Assembly: GCA_031431875.1 (NCBI GenBank) | Contig: JANPEF010000045.1 | Span: 11,912 to 75,911, forward strand | Source: Candidatus Eiseniibacteriota bacterium | GTDB lineage: Bacteria > Eisenbacteria > RBG-16-71-46 > DASYSL01 | Reading direction: 5' to 3' | DNA: 64,000 nucleotides | In this document: positions 55,887 to 64,000 of the stretch, in pieces | Numbering within the stretch: the stretch's first letter is position 1 | Layout: each line of letters begins with the position of its first letter | The notes under the pieces: model-generated | Database searches by the model: none | The model's input: only the letters and a program-made list of their open reading frames with translations | What the model was told of the DNA's origin: nothing | Translations under genes and position numbers: made by a program

Positions 55887-56008
55887 GATAGCACGGAACC
55901 CATGCTACGCCTGCGAGCGGGGGCGAGGCTCCGGGGGCCGGTTCAGCGGGGGCTGTGGGAGCAGGATGCCGATCGCTGCCCCGCGAGGTCAACTCGAAAC
56001 GAGGGGCC

Positions 56009-57133
56009 TCACCTCCGCGCCACCCACGCCACGCCCATCGGCGTGCGTCCCACGATCACCGAGCCGACCAGTTGCATCGTCGCGGTGTCGAGCATCTGCA
56101 CGACGCCATCCCGCGACGAGGTGATGAAGGCGCGATCGCCGTTGGTGGCGACGGCGATCGCGCTGGGGTAGAGCGCGACCGCGATGGCCTGCAGCCGGGC
56201 GCGGCTGGTCGCGCCGTACACCGCGATCGCCGACTCGCCGGCGACGACGACCAGCGCCTTCTGGCCGTCGCGCGTGAACGCGATGGCGATCGGCGCGCGG
56301 CCGACGTTGAGCGTGGCCTGCCAGGCGAGCGTCACGGGATCGATCAGCGAGACCGTGCCGTCGTCGCGGTTGGCGACCCACACCGACAGCCCGTCGGGCG
56401 AGATGGCGAGGCCCTCGGGCGCGCGGCCCACCTTGGCCTGGCTGAACCCGCCGCCGGCCAGGTCGATCGCCCACAGCGTCGCGGTGGCGGTGTCGGTGAC
56501 GAACAGGCGCGTTTCCGTGTCATCGAGGGCGAGCTGGGACGGCGTGCCGTGCGGCAGGGTGAACACTCGATCGATTACCCGCGACAGCAGGTTGAATTCG
56601 AGAACGCAGTTGCGGATCTCGGAAGCGATGTAGAGAAACGTGCCCGAGCGCATCATCGCCATGCCGCGCAGGCTGCCGTAGGGCGACAGCTCGATGCGAT
56701 CGGTCTCGCGCCGGTCGTAGAGCGTGATCACCGACAGCGAGCCCATGCCGTAGCGATCGCCGGCCGAGTTCGCGACGTAGACCGAGCGGCCGTCGGGCGC
56801 GCTGGCCAGTGCGCGCGGCGCCCAGCCGACTCCGGCGTAGGCGAATGGTCGGCCCGTGCCCGGGTCGAGCAGCGCGACGGCGCGGTTGCCTTCAGCAGTG
56901 ACGGCCAGCACGCCGGGCAGAGCGTCGATCTCGGCGTTGGTCAGCGGGCGCAGTGGATCGAGGCCGGTCGTGTCGAGGGGCGCGCCCCCGCTGATCGCCG
57001 GGGCCGCGCCCGCCGGCGGGCCGGGGGCCGGGACACAACCGGTGAGCGCGACGAGGGCCAGCAGCGCGGCGAAACGGGCAAATTGCAACGCGGCGCGGCG
57101 CACGATTAGCGGGGAACCGTTCGAGACGATCAT
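56009..57133 (-). CDS. YncE/YVTN-repeat beta-propeller lipoprotein
   Basis: Lipobox LTGC; repeats such as VGRAPEGLAISPDG...VWVAN...TVSLID. Start is 57133 or 57103. Confidence 0.82.
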   Translation of the reverse strand: MIVSNGSPLIVRRAALQFARFAALLALVALTGCVPAPGPPAGAAPAISGGAPLDTTGLDPLRPLTNAEIDALPGVLAVTAEGNRAVALLDPGTGRPFAYAGVGWAPRALASAPDGRSVYVANSAGDRYGMGSLSVITLYDRRETDRIELSPYGSLRGMAMMRSGTFLYIASEIRNCVLEFNLLSRVIDRVFTLPHGTPSQLALDDTETRLFVTDTATATLWAIDLAGGGFSQAKVGRAPEGLAISPDGLSVWVANRDDGTVSLIDPVTLAWQATLNVGRAPIAIAFTRDGQKALVVVAGESAIAVYGATSRARLQAIAVALYPSAIAVATNGDRAFITSSRDGVVQMLDTATMQLVGSVIVGRTPMGVAWVARR

Positions 57134-57235
57134 GGTTTGGAGTATACTCAACGCACCCGCTCCGCACCCGGAGCCGCCCCGACGAATGCGGACAGCATCA
57201 CCACTCGCACCTGACCGAGACATCGGAGGTCGTTC

Positions 57236-57436
57236 GTGCGCCGTTACGAGCTGCAACTCTGGGAACCAGAAAAGGGAGGCTGGCGGACGGTCGTCACCGC
57301 CGCCGATGCCGAGACGATGAAGCGCTCGGCGCACACCCTCGCCTGGCAGACCCAGAAGCCCGTACGCGTGCTCGGCCCCGACGGCGTCGTATCCCACGAC
57401 GTCGACGAGGCGGGCGCAACCACCGTCGGAGGCTGA
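57236..57436 (+). CDS. Small hypothetical protein
   Basis: GGAGG RBS before GTG; genome-typical codon usage. Confidence 0.5.
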   Translation: MRRYELQLWEPEKGGWRTVVTAADAETMKRSAHTLAWQTQKPVRVLGPDGVVSHDVDEAGATTVGG

Positions 57437-57439
57437 GCC

Positions 57440-57628
57440 GTGTCCGCAATCTTCGAGTTCTTCCGGGCGCTCTGGCGCGAGATGATCGGCGCGTGGGAAC
57501 TGTTCACCGACTTCATGATCTCGGTGTTCGAGCCACAGTCGGGCTGGGAGCCCAAGGCGATCTTCGGCGTCATCTTCCTGATCGTGATCTGGTGGATCTC
57601 GAGGCGGGGAACGAACTCCGCCCGGTAG
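57440..57628 (+). CDS. Small membrane protein
   Basis: GGAGG upstream; one TM helix AIFGVIFLIVIWWI. Confidence 0.55.
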   Translation: MSAIFEFFRALWREMIGAWELFTDFMISVFEPQSGWEPKAIFGVIFLIVIWWISRRGTNSAR

Positions 57629-57664
57629 CCGGACCGGTCCCGTTTCCCGCTCGAGGACCGTGCG

Positions 57665-58267
57665 TCACTTCACGAACCAGGTGAACCCGACGCGGGTCAT
57701 GATCCCGCTCCAGTCGAGGTCGGCACGGCCATGGAAACCGATGGTCGTGCCACTGGCGCTCTGCGAGCCGCTGAACGGCACGCCGCCGTAGGAGCCGCTG
57801 GCCTCGAGATTCCCGCCGAAATCGTAGTACCCCACTCCGCCGCCGAAGCCGACGCGAGCCTTGCCCTTCGACGGCAGGAAATAGGTTGCGCCGACGAGGA
57901 ACGTCTCGGAGCTGACGTCGATCTTCGCGCTGCCGATCAGGTTGCCGCCCCCGGAGTTGTCGCTCAGGTGCTCGTACTCGGCATAGACGCGCCACGTCGG
58001 GTCGAGGTCGAACTTCACACCCGCGCCGAACGACACGTCTCCCTTCAGCTCGTCGAGGTTTACTTCGTCGCCGGGCGACGACAACGCATCGTTGATGCTC
58101 GCGATCACGTCGTTGACGTCGCTCATCGCATAGCCATGGTAGCCGGTGAAGCCCGACAGCCCCACCCGCACGGCGGCTTCGGCGTGCGCTCCGGTGACCA
58201 CGAGGAGCGCGGCGGCGAGCAGCGGGGCGAAGCGAAACAGGCGCGCAGGGGAAGCAGGACGGCCCAT
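57665..58267 (-). CDS. Outer-membrane beta-barrel protein (OmpA/OmpW-like), possibly with an internal deletion
   Basis: GGAGG RBS, signal ...AHA, amphipathic strands, terminal RVGFTWF. Confidence 0.7.
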   Translation of the reverse strand: MGRPASPARLFRFAPLLAAALLVVTGAHAEAAVRVGLSGFTGYHGYAMSDVNDVIASINDALSSPGDEVNLDELKGDVSFGAGVKFDLDPTWRVYAEYEHLSDNSGGGNLIGSAKIDVSSETFLVGATYFLPSKGKARVGFGGGVGYYDFGGNLEASGSYGGVPFSGSQSASGTTIGFHGRADLDWSGIMTRVGFTWFVK

Positions 58268-58309
58268 CGTTGACCTCCGTGTGGGATGGGACATCCGGTG
58301 GCGGGCAGT

Positions 58310-59242
58310 CTAGCCCACCGCGGGCTCCGTGAGCGCCACGATCCCCACGCCCACCAGGATCAGCACGGCCCCCGCACCCTGGGCGGGCGACAGCCCCTCG
58401 CGCAGGAAGAGTGCGGCCGAGCCGATGGCGACAATGGGCTCGAGCAGCGCCACGATGCCGGCGCGCGCGGCGCCGATGCGCTTGAGCCCGGCGAAGAACA
58501 GTGCGAACGGCACCAGCGCCGAGCCCAGCGCGATGGTGATGAACGTCGTCCACTGCGCGCCGACGTAATGTGCGTTGGCGATATCCCATGGCGGCACGAA
58601 GAACATCCAGAACAGGCCGGCCACCAGGAAGCCGTAGAACAGCACCGTCCACGGCGACAGCCGCGCGACCAGCCCCTCGGAGTACACGATGTAGAACGCG
58701 TAGAAGCCGGCCGAGGCGAGCCCGATCGCCACGCCGAGCGGGTTGGCCCGCGCCACTGCCGCACCGTCGGCCAGCACCAGCAGCGCCACGCCCGCGGTCG
58801 CCAGCGACAGCGCGAGCACGCGGCCGCGCGGCGGCATGCGGCGGCGCACGAGCGCCTCCCAGGCGACGACGAGCGCGGGCGCCAGGTACTGCAGCAGGAT
58901 TGCGAGTCCCACGCCGACGAGACCGACGTTCGTGTAGTACGTGCCCTGCACCGCCGCGATGCCGACCGTGCCCAGGATCAGGAGCGGCAGCACATCGCCG
59001 CGCGCGATGCGGAACAGCGCCGGGCGCAGCAGCGCGAAGCCGACCGCCAGCAGGACGACCGAGATCATGAGGCGCAGCTCGACGATCACGAGCGCGGGCA
59101 CGTCGCGCTGCATCGCCCAGCGCGCGAGCGTGGCGCTGGTCCCCCACAGGACGCATGCGCCGACGACGAGCAAGAGGCCCGCCCCCGGTCGGGAGACGGA
59201 CCCCTTGGTGTGGTGCGGCGCGATCGGGGCGGGGTCGGTCAC
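58310..59242 (-). CDS. DMT/EamA-family transporter
   Basis: LWGTS, LLQYLAP, GLKRIGAARAGIVALLEP; about 10 TM helices. Confidence 0.9.
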   Translation of the reverse strand: MTDPAPIAPHHTKGSVSRPGAGLLLVVGACVLWGTSATLARWAMQRDVPALVIVELRLMISVVLLAVGFALLRPALFRIARGDVLPLLILGTVGIAAVQGTYYTNVGLVGVGLAILLQYLAPALVVAWEALVRRRMPPRGRVLALSLATAGVALLVLADGAAVARANPLGVAIGLASAGFYAFYIVYSEGLVARLSPWTVLFYGFLVAGLFWMFFVPPWDIANAHYVGAQWTTFITIALGSALVPFALFFAGLKRIGAARAGIVALLEPIVAIGSAALFLREGLSPAQGAGAVLILVGVGIVALTEPAVG

Positions 59243-60483
59243 CGCGCGAGGTGTGCCGTCGTGCCGAACGCCGAGCCCGCTTCGGTGAGCGGCGCCAGGT
59301 CGACCAGTGGAATCGTCGCCCCGTACGTCGCGTTGACCGCGCGCACGATCTCGTTGGCGACCAGCCCGTGGCCCAGCGAGGACGGGTGCACGCCGTCGAA
59401 GCTGAACAGCCCGCCGGCGACGTACGAGGTCGTGTAGCGCACGCCGCCCACGACGATGCCGTTGTCGTGCGCGCGGGCCAGCGCTCCGTTGAAGTCGGCG
59501 AGCGCGAAGCCGTTCTGCTGCGCGAAGGTGGCGATGATCGCGTTGTAGGCGTCGACCGCCGACTGGATGGTCGCGACCTCGGTCGGCGTGAGCACCAGGC
59601 TGTCGGGCAACGGCGGCGCGGGCGCCGGGAACCCGTAGCCGCCCGGGATCAGCGTGGCCGCGGGCAGCAGGATGCGCGAGCCGTCGGGCAGCGGCCCGTT
59701 CGCGTCGCGCAGGCGCACGCTAAAGAAGGCGCCCTGGGTGCCGACGTCCGGCAGGCGCACGTCGAGCGGCACGGCGGTGGCGTAGGCGATGTCGGGCAGG
59801 TCGGGCACGTTGACCAGCACCATTCCGGCGGTCGGCGCGGCGGCGGTCAGCGAGTCGAGCAGTTGGTCGTACAGCGTCTCGAACTCGAGCGCACTGACCA
59901 TGTACAGCGGGTTGCCCTTGAGGACGCCGCCGATCAGCTCGTTGCTTCCGAACTCGACCGAGATGAACGTCGGCGCCTGTGCCAGGCACTGGCGGATCAT
60001 CGTGCCCTGGCCCTGCAGCACCAGGTCGAAGTAGTTGGTCGGCGCGTCGCCGGTGGTCTTGGTCAGCGCTTTGGCGAGCACCGCGCCCGAGATGCCCAGG
60101 TTGTCGTAGCCGTCGGCGGGCCGCGGCGTCGACGGGCCGATCGGGATGGCGCCGGGCCGCGGCTGAAGGATCGGCGCGCCGTTCGGCGTGAAGCCGACGA
60201 CCTCGAGCACCGGCAGGATGCCCGGCGTGGGAATGAGTGGCTGCACGAACGAGCCGCCATTGGCGCCCGTGGCGCGCGCGACCTGCGCCGGGAACGAGTT
60301 CTGCTGCAGGTCCTCGACCAGGCCGTTCGACTGGATGCCCATCGAGATGCTGGTGCCGATGGCGACGTAGCTCGAGAAGTCGGCGTTGCCCGTGACGGGC
60401 ACCGGCGGTGAGATCGGGTCGAGCCCGCTGCAGCCAGCTACGACGGCGAGCGCAGCGAGCGTCGGAATGACTCTTGCATGCAT
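59239..60483 (-). CDS. SGNH/GDSL-family lipase lipoprotein
   Basis: Lipobox VAGC; YVAIGTSIS (block I variant), NLGISGA, GSNE, FSFDGVHP. Confidence 0.88.
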   Translation of the reverse strand: MHARVIPTLAALAVVAGCSGLDPISPPVPVTGNADFSSYVAIGTSISMGIQSNGLVEDLQQNSFPAQVARATGANGGSFVQPLIPTPGILPVLEVVGFTPNGAPILQPRPGAIPIGPSTPRPADGYDNLGISGAVLAKALTKTTGDAPTNYFDLVLQGQGTMIRQCLAQAPTFISVEFGSNELIGGVLKGNPLYMVSALEFETLYDQLLDSLTAAAPTAGMVLVNVPDLPDIAYATAVPLDVRLPDVGTQGAFFSVRLRDANGPLPDGSRILLPAATLIPGGYGFPAPAPPLPDSLVLTPTEVATIQSAVDAYNAIIATFAQQNGFALADFNGALARAHDNGIVVGGVRYTTSYVAGGLFSFDGVHPSSLGHGLVANEIVRAVNATYGATIPLVDLAPLTEAGSAFGTTAHLAR

Positions 60484-60518
60484 GACCACCTCCCCTGCAC
60501 TCATCGCACTCATTCCAC

Positions 60519-61829
60519 TCACCGGAACGTGAGCCCGAGGCTGACGCCCGCGCTCATCGATCCGCTCTTGTAGGTGCCGTCGTAACCGTCGCGATTGATG
60601 CCCTCGGTCGAGCGCTCGCCGGCGAGCACCGCGAGCACGTAGGCGTCGATCGTCGTGCCGCATGTGTTGCGCCAGCCCGCGCCGGCGGTGAGGCCGTGAC
60701 GATCGGCATCGGGCAGCAACGGGCCCACGCCCGCGGTGGGTTGCGGCGATTGGTCGAAGTAGTAGCCGCCGCGCCATGCCCAGTCGCACGTGCCTCCCTT
60801 CCTGTACTCGAGGCCGCCGCGGATGTTGAACACGTCCTCCCAGTCCTCGGGGATCGACAGGTTGCGCGCGGGCGTGTCGGCGAACTCGAGTTCGAGGGTC
60901 GCGAACGAACTCCACTGCGTCCAGTTCGCGTTCACCTCGGCGTACCACGACGCACCGAGCTGTCGGCCCACGCCGAGCGACGCCTGCGCCGGGAACGCGA
61001 CCGCGGTCTCGACGCGCTGGTCGGGCGGGAACGAGCCCGCGACGACGGCGTCGAACGTCGGGTTGCCGGTCGGGAGCTGCGTGAAGTCGGCCTTGCCCGC
61101 GTAGTCGATGTCGACCTCGCTGCGGTACGTCGCGCCCAGCTTCCACGTGGCGTCGCCGGGCCACCACTGCACGCCGGCGTTGAAGCCCACGCCCGAGCCG
61201 GTGTGGCTCTCGAGATCGACGACGCCGATGTCGTCGGTGCGGTCGTCGAGCGGATTGTAGGCCTGCAGGTAGCGCTGCAGCTCGACCTTCGACAGCACGA
61301 TCGTCGCGCCGGCGCCGACGCGGAACGAGGGCGATGGCGCCCATGCGGCCGAGGGCACGAAGTAGAACGGCGTGATCTTCGACAGCGACGAGATCGCGCG
61401 CCCGGTGAAGTCGGCGGGATCCTTCCACGCGACCTGCAGCCCGTACGGGCTGTAGATGCCGATGCCGGCGGCGTACTTCTTGCCGATCCCCTGTGCGTAG
61501 TAGAGCGCGACCGGCGGGAACACCTCGCCCTTGGTCTCCTCCTCGACGCCGTAGCCCGGGAAGGGTGCTGTGCCCGAGAACTCGCTCTTGTAGTAGATGA
61601 GGTTGGGTGAGATCAGGAGCTGCTTGTCCTCGACGTTGGCGAGGCCCGACGGATTGAAGAAGATCGCGCTGGGATCGTCGGCCCGCGCGGTGAACGCGCC
61701 GGCGGTGCCGAGCGCACGCGCGCCCTGCTCGTAGAGGCTGAAGCCGGCGCCGTGCGCTTGTCCGGCGATTGACGGTGCGGCGACAAAGACGCACGCCGCC
61801 AGGGCGGCGTGATATCGGTTCGTAGTCAT
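60519..61829 (-). CDS. fadL: OmpP1/FadL long-chain fatty-acid outer-membrane transporter
   Basis: AGFSLYEQGARALGTAGA, DDPSAIFFNPSGL, SPYGL, PDADR. Confidence 0.92.
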   Translation of the reverse strand: MTTNRYHAALAACVFVAAPSIAGQAHGAGFSLYEQGARALGTAGAFTARADDPSAIFFNPSGLANVEDKQLLISPNLIYYKSEFSGTAPFPGYGVEEETKGEVFPPVALYYAQGIGKKYAAGIGIYSPYGLQVAWKDPADFTGRAISSLSKITPFYFVPSAAWAPSPSFRVGAGATIVLSKVELQRYLQAYNPLDDRTDDIGVVDLESHTGSGVGFNAGVQWWPGDATWKLGATYRSEVDIDYAGKADFTQLPTGNPTFDAVVAGSFPPDQRVETAVAFPAQASLGVGRQLGASWYAEVNANWTQWSSFATLELEFADTPARNLSIPEDWEDVFNIRGGLEYRKGGTCDWAWRGGYYFDQSPQPTAGVGPLLPDADRHGLTAGAGWRNTCGTTIDAYVLAVLAGERSTEGINRDGYDGTYKSGSMSAGVSLGLTFR

Positions 61830-63682
61830 GACGGCACCCCCACATGGCCCTCGTACAGCGTCGCGATCCGCGCGGCGTAGCGCTCGTTGACGATCTTCCG
61901 ACGCACCTTGAGCGTGGGGGTGAGCTCGCCGCCTTCGACGGTGAACTCGTCCTCGAGGAGCGCGATCTTCTTCACCTGCTCATACCGGGCGAAGCCCTTG
62001 GTCGCCTCCTCGATGCGACGCTCGTATAGATCGCACACCTCGGGCCGCGCCAGCAGCTCGGCACGATTGGCGAACGCGATGCCCTTGAACTTCGCCCACG
62101 CCTCGAGCTGCTCGAAGTGTGGCACGATCAGCGCCGTGCAGTACGGCATGCGATCACCGATCAGCACCGCTTCGGTCACGTACTTGTCGGCCTTGATCGC
62201 GTTCTCGATCGGCTGCGGCGCGATGTTCTTGCCGCCCGCCGTGACGAGCAGGTCCTTCTTGCGATCGGTGATGACGAGATGCCCGTCGCCGTCGAGGTGC
62301 CCGATGTCGCCGGTCCTGAACCACCCGTCGACGATCGCCTTGGCCGTCTCCTCGGGCAGGTGATGGTAGCCGCGCATCACGCCGGGGCTCTGCACCTCGA
62401 TTTCGCCGTCGGCCGCGATACGCACCGTCACGTTCGCGATCGGCCGACCGACCGTGCCGGGCTTGTTCGCGTCCGGGCGGTTGACCGCGATCACGGGTGA
62501 GGTCTCGGTGAGCCCGTACCCTTCGAGCACGGGCAGGCCGCAGCCGATGAAGAACTCGGCCACATCGCGCGCCAGCGGCGCGCCGCCCGAGACGAAGAAG
62601 CGGATACGCCCGCCCACCCGCACCCGCAGCTTCTTGTAGACGAGCGCGTCGTAGAAGCCGTGCTGCAGGTTCAGCAGCGCGCCCGCCGGCTTCGCCCCCA
62701 CCGCCTGGTGGCGCGCCCAGCGCCACGCCACGTCGCGCGCGCGGAAGAAGATCGCCCGGCGCAGCGCGGGTGCCGCGCTCGCAGTGTCGAGCACGCGGCC
62801 GTAGATCTTCTCGAACAGCCGCGGCACGGCAAACAGGATCGTCGGTTGGACCTCGCCCAGGTTGGCCGACACCACGTCGATGCTCTCGGCGTACGCGATC
62901 GACACGCCGCGCGAGACCATCGTGAAGTGCCCCGCCATGCGCTCGAAGATGTGCGACAGCGGCAGCACCGCGAGGCACGAGTCGGTGTCCCCGATCGCGA
63001 AGTCGAGCAGCGCGTCGTGCACGTTGGAGCACAGGTTTGCGTGCGTGAGCTCGACGCCCTTGGGGATTCCCGTCGTGCCCGAGGTGTAGATGAGGGTGGC
63101 GAGATCCTCGGCCTGAACGGCGTCGCCCGCCCGGCGCGCGGTGTCCGGGGCGGTCGTGAGTATCGCCGCACCGGCGTCGAGCAGCTCGGCCCACGGGCGG
63201 ACCGGGATGTCGTCGCGACCCTGCGCGCCGCCGGCGACGTGCGCAGTCGGCGAGAGCAAGGCCGGTGGATCGAACACAAAGATCGCAGTCAAAGCCGGCA
63301 GGTCGGGCGCGAGCGCCTTGATCTTCTCGAGCTGTGCGGCGGTCGAGACGAACACGACCCGCGCGGCCGAGTCGGCGAGGATGTAGCGCGAGTTATCGGG
63401 CGTGAGCGTCGGGTACACGGGGACGACCGCCGCGCCCAGCGTGAGGATGGCGAAGTCGGCCAGCGCCCACTCGAGCCGCGTCTCGGACAGGATGGCGACC
63501 CGGTCGCCGCGGACGATCCCGAGCGTCGACAGCGCGGCGGCCACCTGCTCGATCTGCGCCTGCGCCTCGGCCGAGGACACGTCATGCCACACGCCGTCGC
63601 GTTTTGTGCGGAACGCGTCGGGGCGTGGGTGGTGTGCGAAGGCGGTGCGGTAGAGGTCGACCAGGGTCATCGCGTCTCCCAT
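61826..63682 (-). CDS. fadD: Long-chain fatty acid-CoA ligase
   Basis: IYTSGTTGIPKG, LPLSHIFER, SGGAPL, EGYGLTE, TGDIG, DRKKDL, GELTPTLK. Confidence 0.95.
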   Translation of the reverse strand: MGDAMTLVDLYRTAFAHHPRPDAFRTKRDGVWHDVSSAEAQAQIEQVAAALSTLGIVRGDRVAILSETRLEWALADFAILTLGAAVVPVYPTLTPDNSRYILADSAARVVFVSTAAQLEKIKALAPDLPALTAIFVFDPPALLSPTAHVAGGAQGRDDIPVRPWAELLDAGAAILTTAPDTARRAGDAVQAEDLATLIYTSGTTGIPKGVELTHANLCSNVHDALLDFAIGDTDSCLAVLPLSHIFERMAGHFTMVSRGVSIAYAESIDVVSANLGEVQPTILFAVPRLFEKIYGRVLDTASAAPALRRAIFFRARDVAWRWARHQAVGAKPAGALLNLQHGFYDALVYKKLRVRVGGRIRFFVSGGAPLARDVAEFFIGCGLPVLEGYGLTETSPVIAVNRPDANKPGTVGRPIANVTVRIAADGEIEVQSPGVMRGYHHLPEETAKAIVDGWFRTGDIGHLDGDGHLVITDRKKDLLVTAGGKNIAPQPIENAIKADKYVTEAVLIGDRMPYCTALIVPHFEQLEAWAKFKGIAFANRAELLARPEVCDLYERRIEEATKGFARYEQVKKIALLEDEFTVEGGELTPTLKVRRKIVNERYAARIATLYEGHVGVPS

Positions 63683-63804
63683 GGGGTCGGGGGTGCGAGG
63701 ACCATAGCACGGGCGAGGCAGTCTACAAGCGCTTGTGCGGAAAGAGCTTAGTGTTCCATGCCCGGTGCGGCTGCGGCGGTTTTTGATCCAAGTCGGATAG
63801 TCAG

Positions 63805-63838
63805 TTGCAATACGGTATGAAATCGGATAGTATCCGAT
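63805..63838 (+). promoter_or_regulatory. Sigma70 promoter with a palindromic operator centred on the -10 box
   Basis: TTGCAA (63805-63810), 17-nt spacer, TAGTAT (63828-63833); perfect inverted repeat ATCGGATA-G-TATCCGAT at 63822-63838. Confidence 0.7.
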
Positions 63839-63869
63839 ATCTCACGGAGATGAAATCGGGGAGGCCGCC

Positions 63870-64000
63870 ATGCTGTACTCGATCGAACCGCTCGGCTCCA
63901 AGGAAGGGGAGGTCCTCGACCAGATCGCGGACCTCCACAAGTCGCTCAACTACGCCGTCAGCCAGCCCACCCGGTGGAAGGGGGTCCTCCGTCGGACCGC
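63870..64000 (+). CDS. Probable Fic-family protein, N-terminal fragment (runs off the window)
   Basis: GGAGG RBS; MLYSIEPLGSKEGEVLDQIADLHKSLNYAVSQPTRWKGVLRRT resembles Fic N-termini. The Fic motif itself is not visible. Confidence 0.5.
   Translation, partial: MLYSIEPLGSKEGEVLDQIADLHKSLNYAVSQPTRWKGVLRRT

Overview
High-GC (roughly 70%, estimated by eye) diderm bacterial chromosome window that spans the probable replication origin. Secreted proteins with FlgD-Ig/T9SS-like C-termini suggest an FCB-affiliated lineage such as Ca. Eisenbacteria or Latescibacterota (inference only). The core is phoR-phoB-like (minus), an outer-membrane protein, DnaA boxes, dnaA, a DnaA-box/DnaA-trio unwinding element, dnaN, DUF721/dciA, gyrB, gyrA and rex with its own operator; recF and rpmH are absent from their usual positions. 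Accessory content includes: (1) a 5'-truncated DUF3800 gene with a convergent, structured ~85-nt RNA candidate that has its own sigma70-like promoter; (2) an aquaporin-arsC-CMD-arsS arsenic cluster; (3) a dispersed, divergent Box-like aromatic-CoA pathway (BoxB-like diiron protein plus GNAT, single-domain BoxC-like crotonase, aldehyde dehydrogenase, 3-hydroxyacyl-CoA dehydrogenase, thiolase, Dch-like hydratase); (4) tandem-duplicated Tyr-rich secreted proteins downstream of a sigma54-like promoter; (5) a cupredoxin-kinase-porin module; (6) higBA; (7) a fadD-fadL-SGNH lipase-DMT operon; (8) the start of a Fic-like gene with a palindrome over its -10 box. No CRISPR array, rRNA, tRNA or transposase was seen. 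All calls come from motif recognition by eye; no database searches were run.
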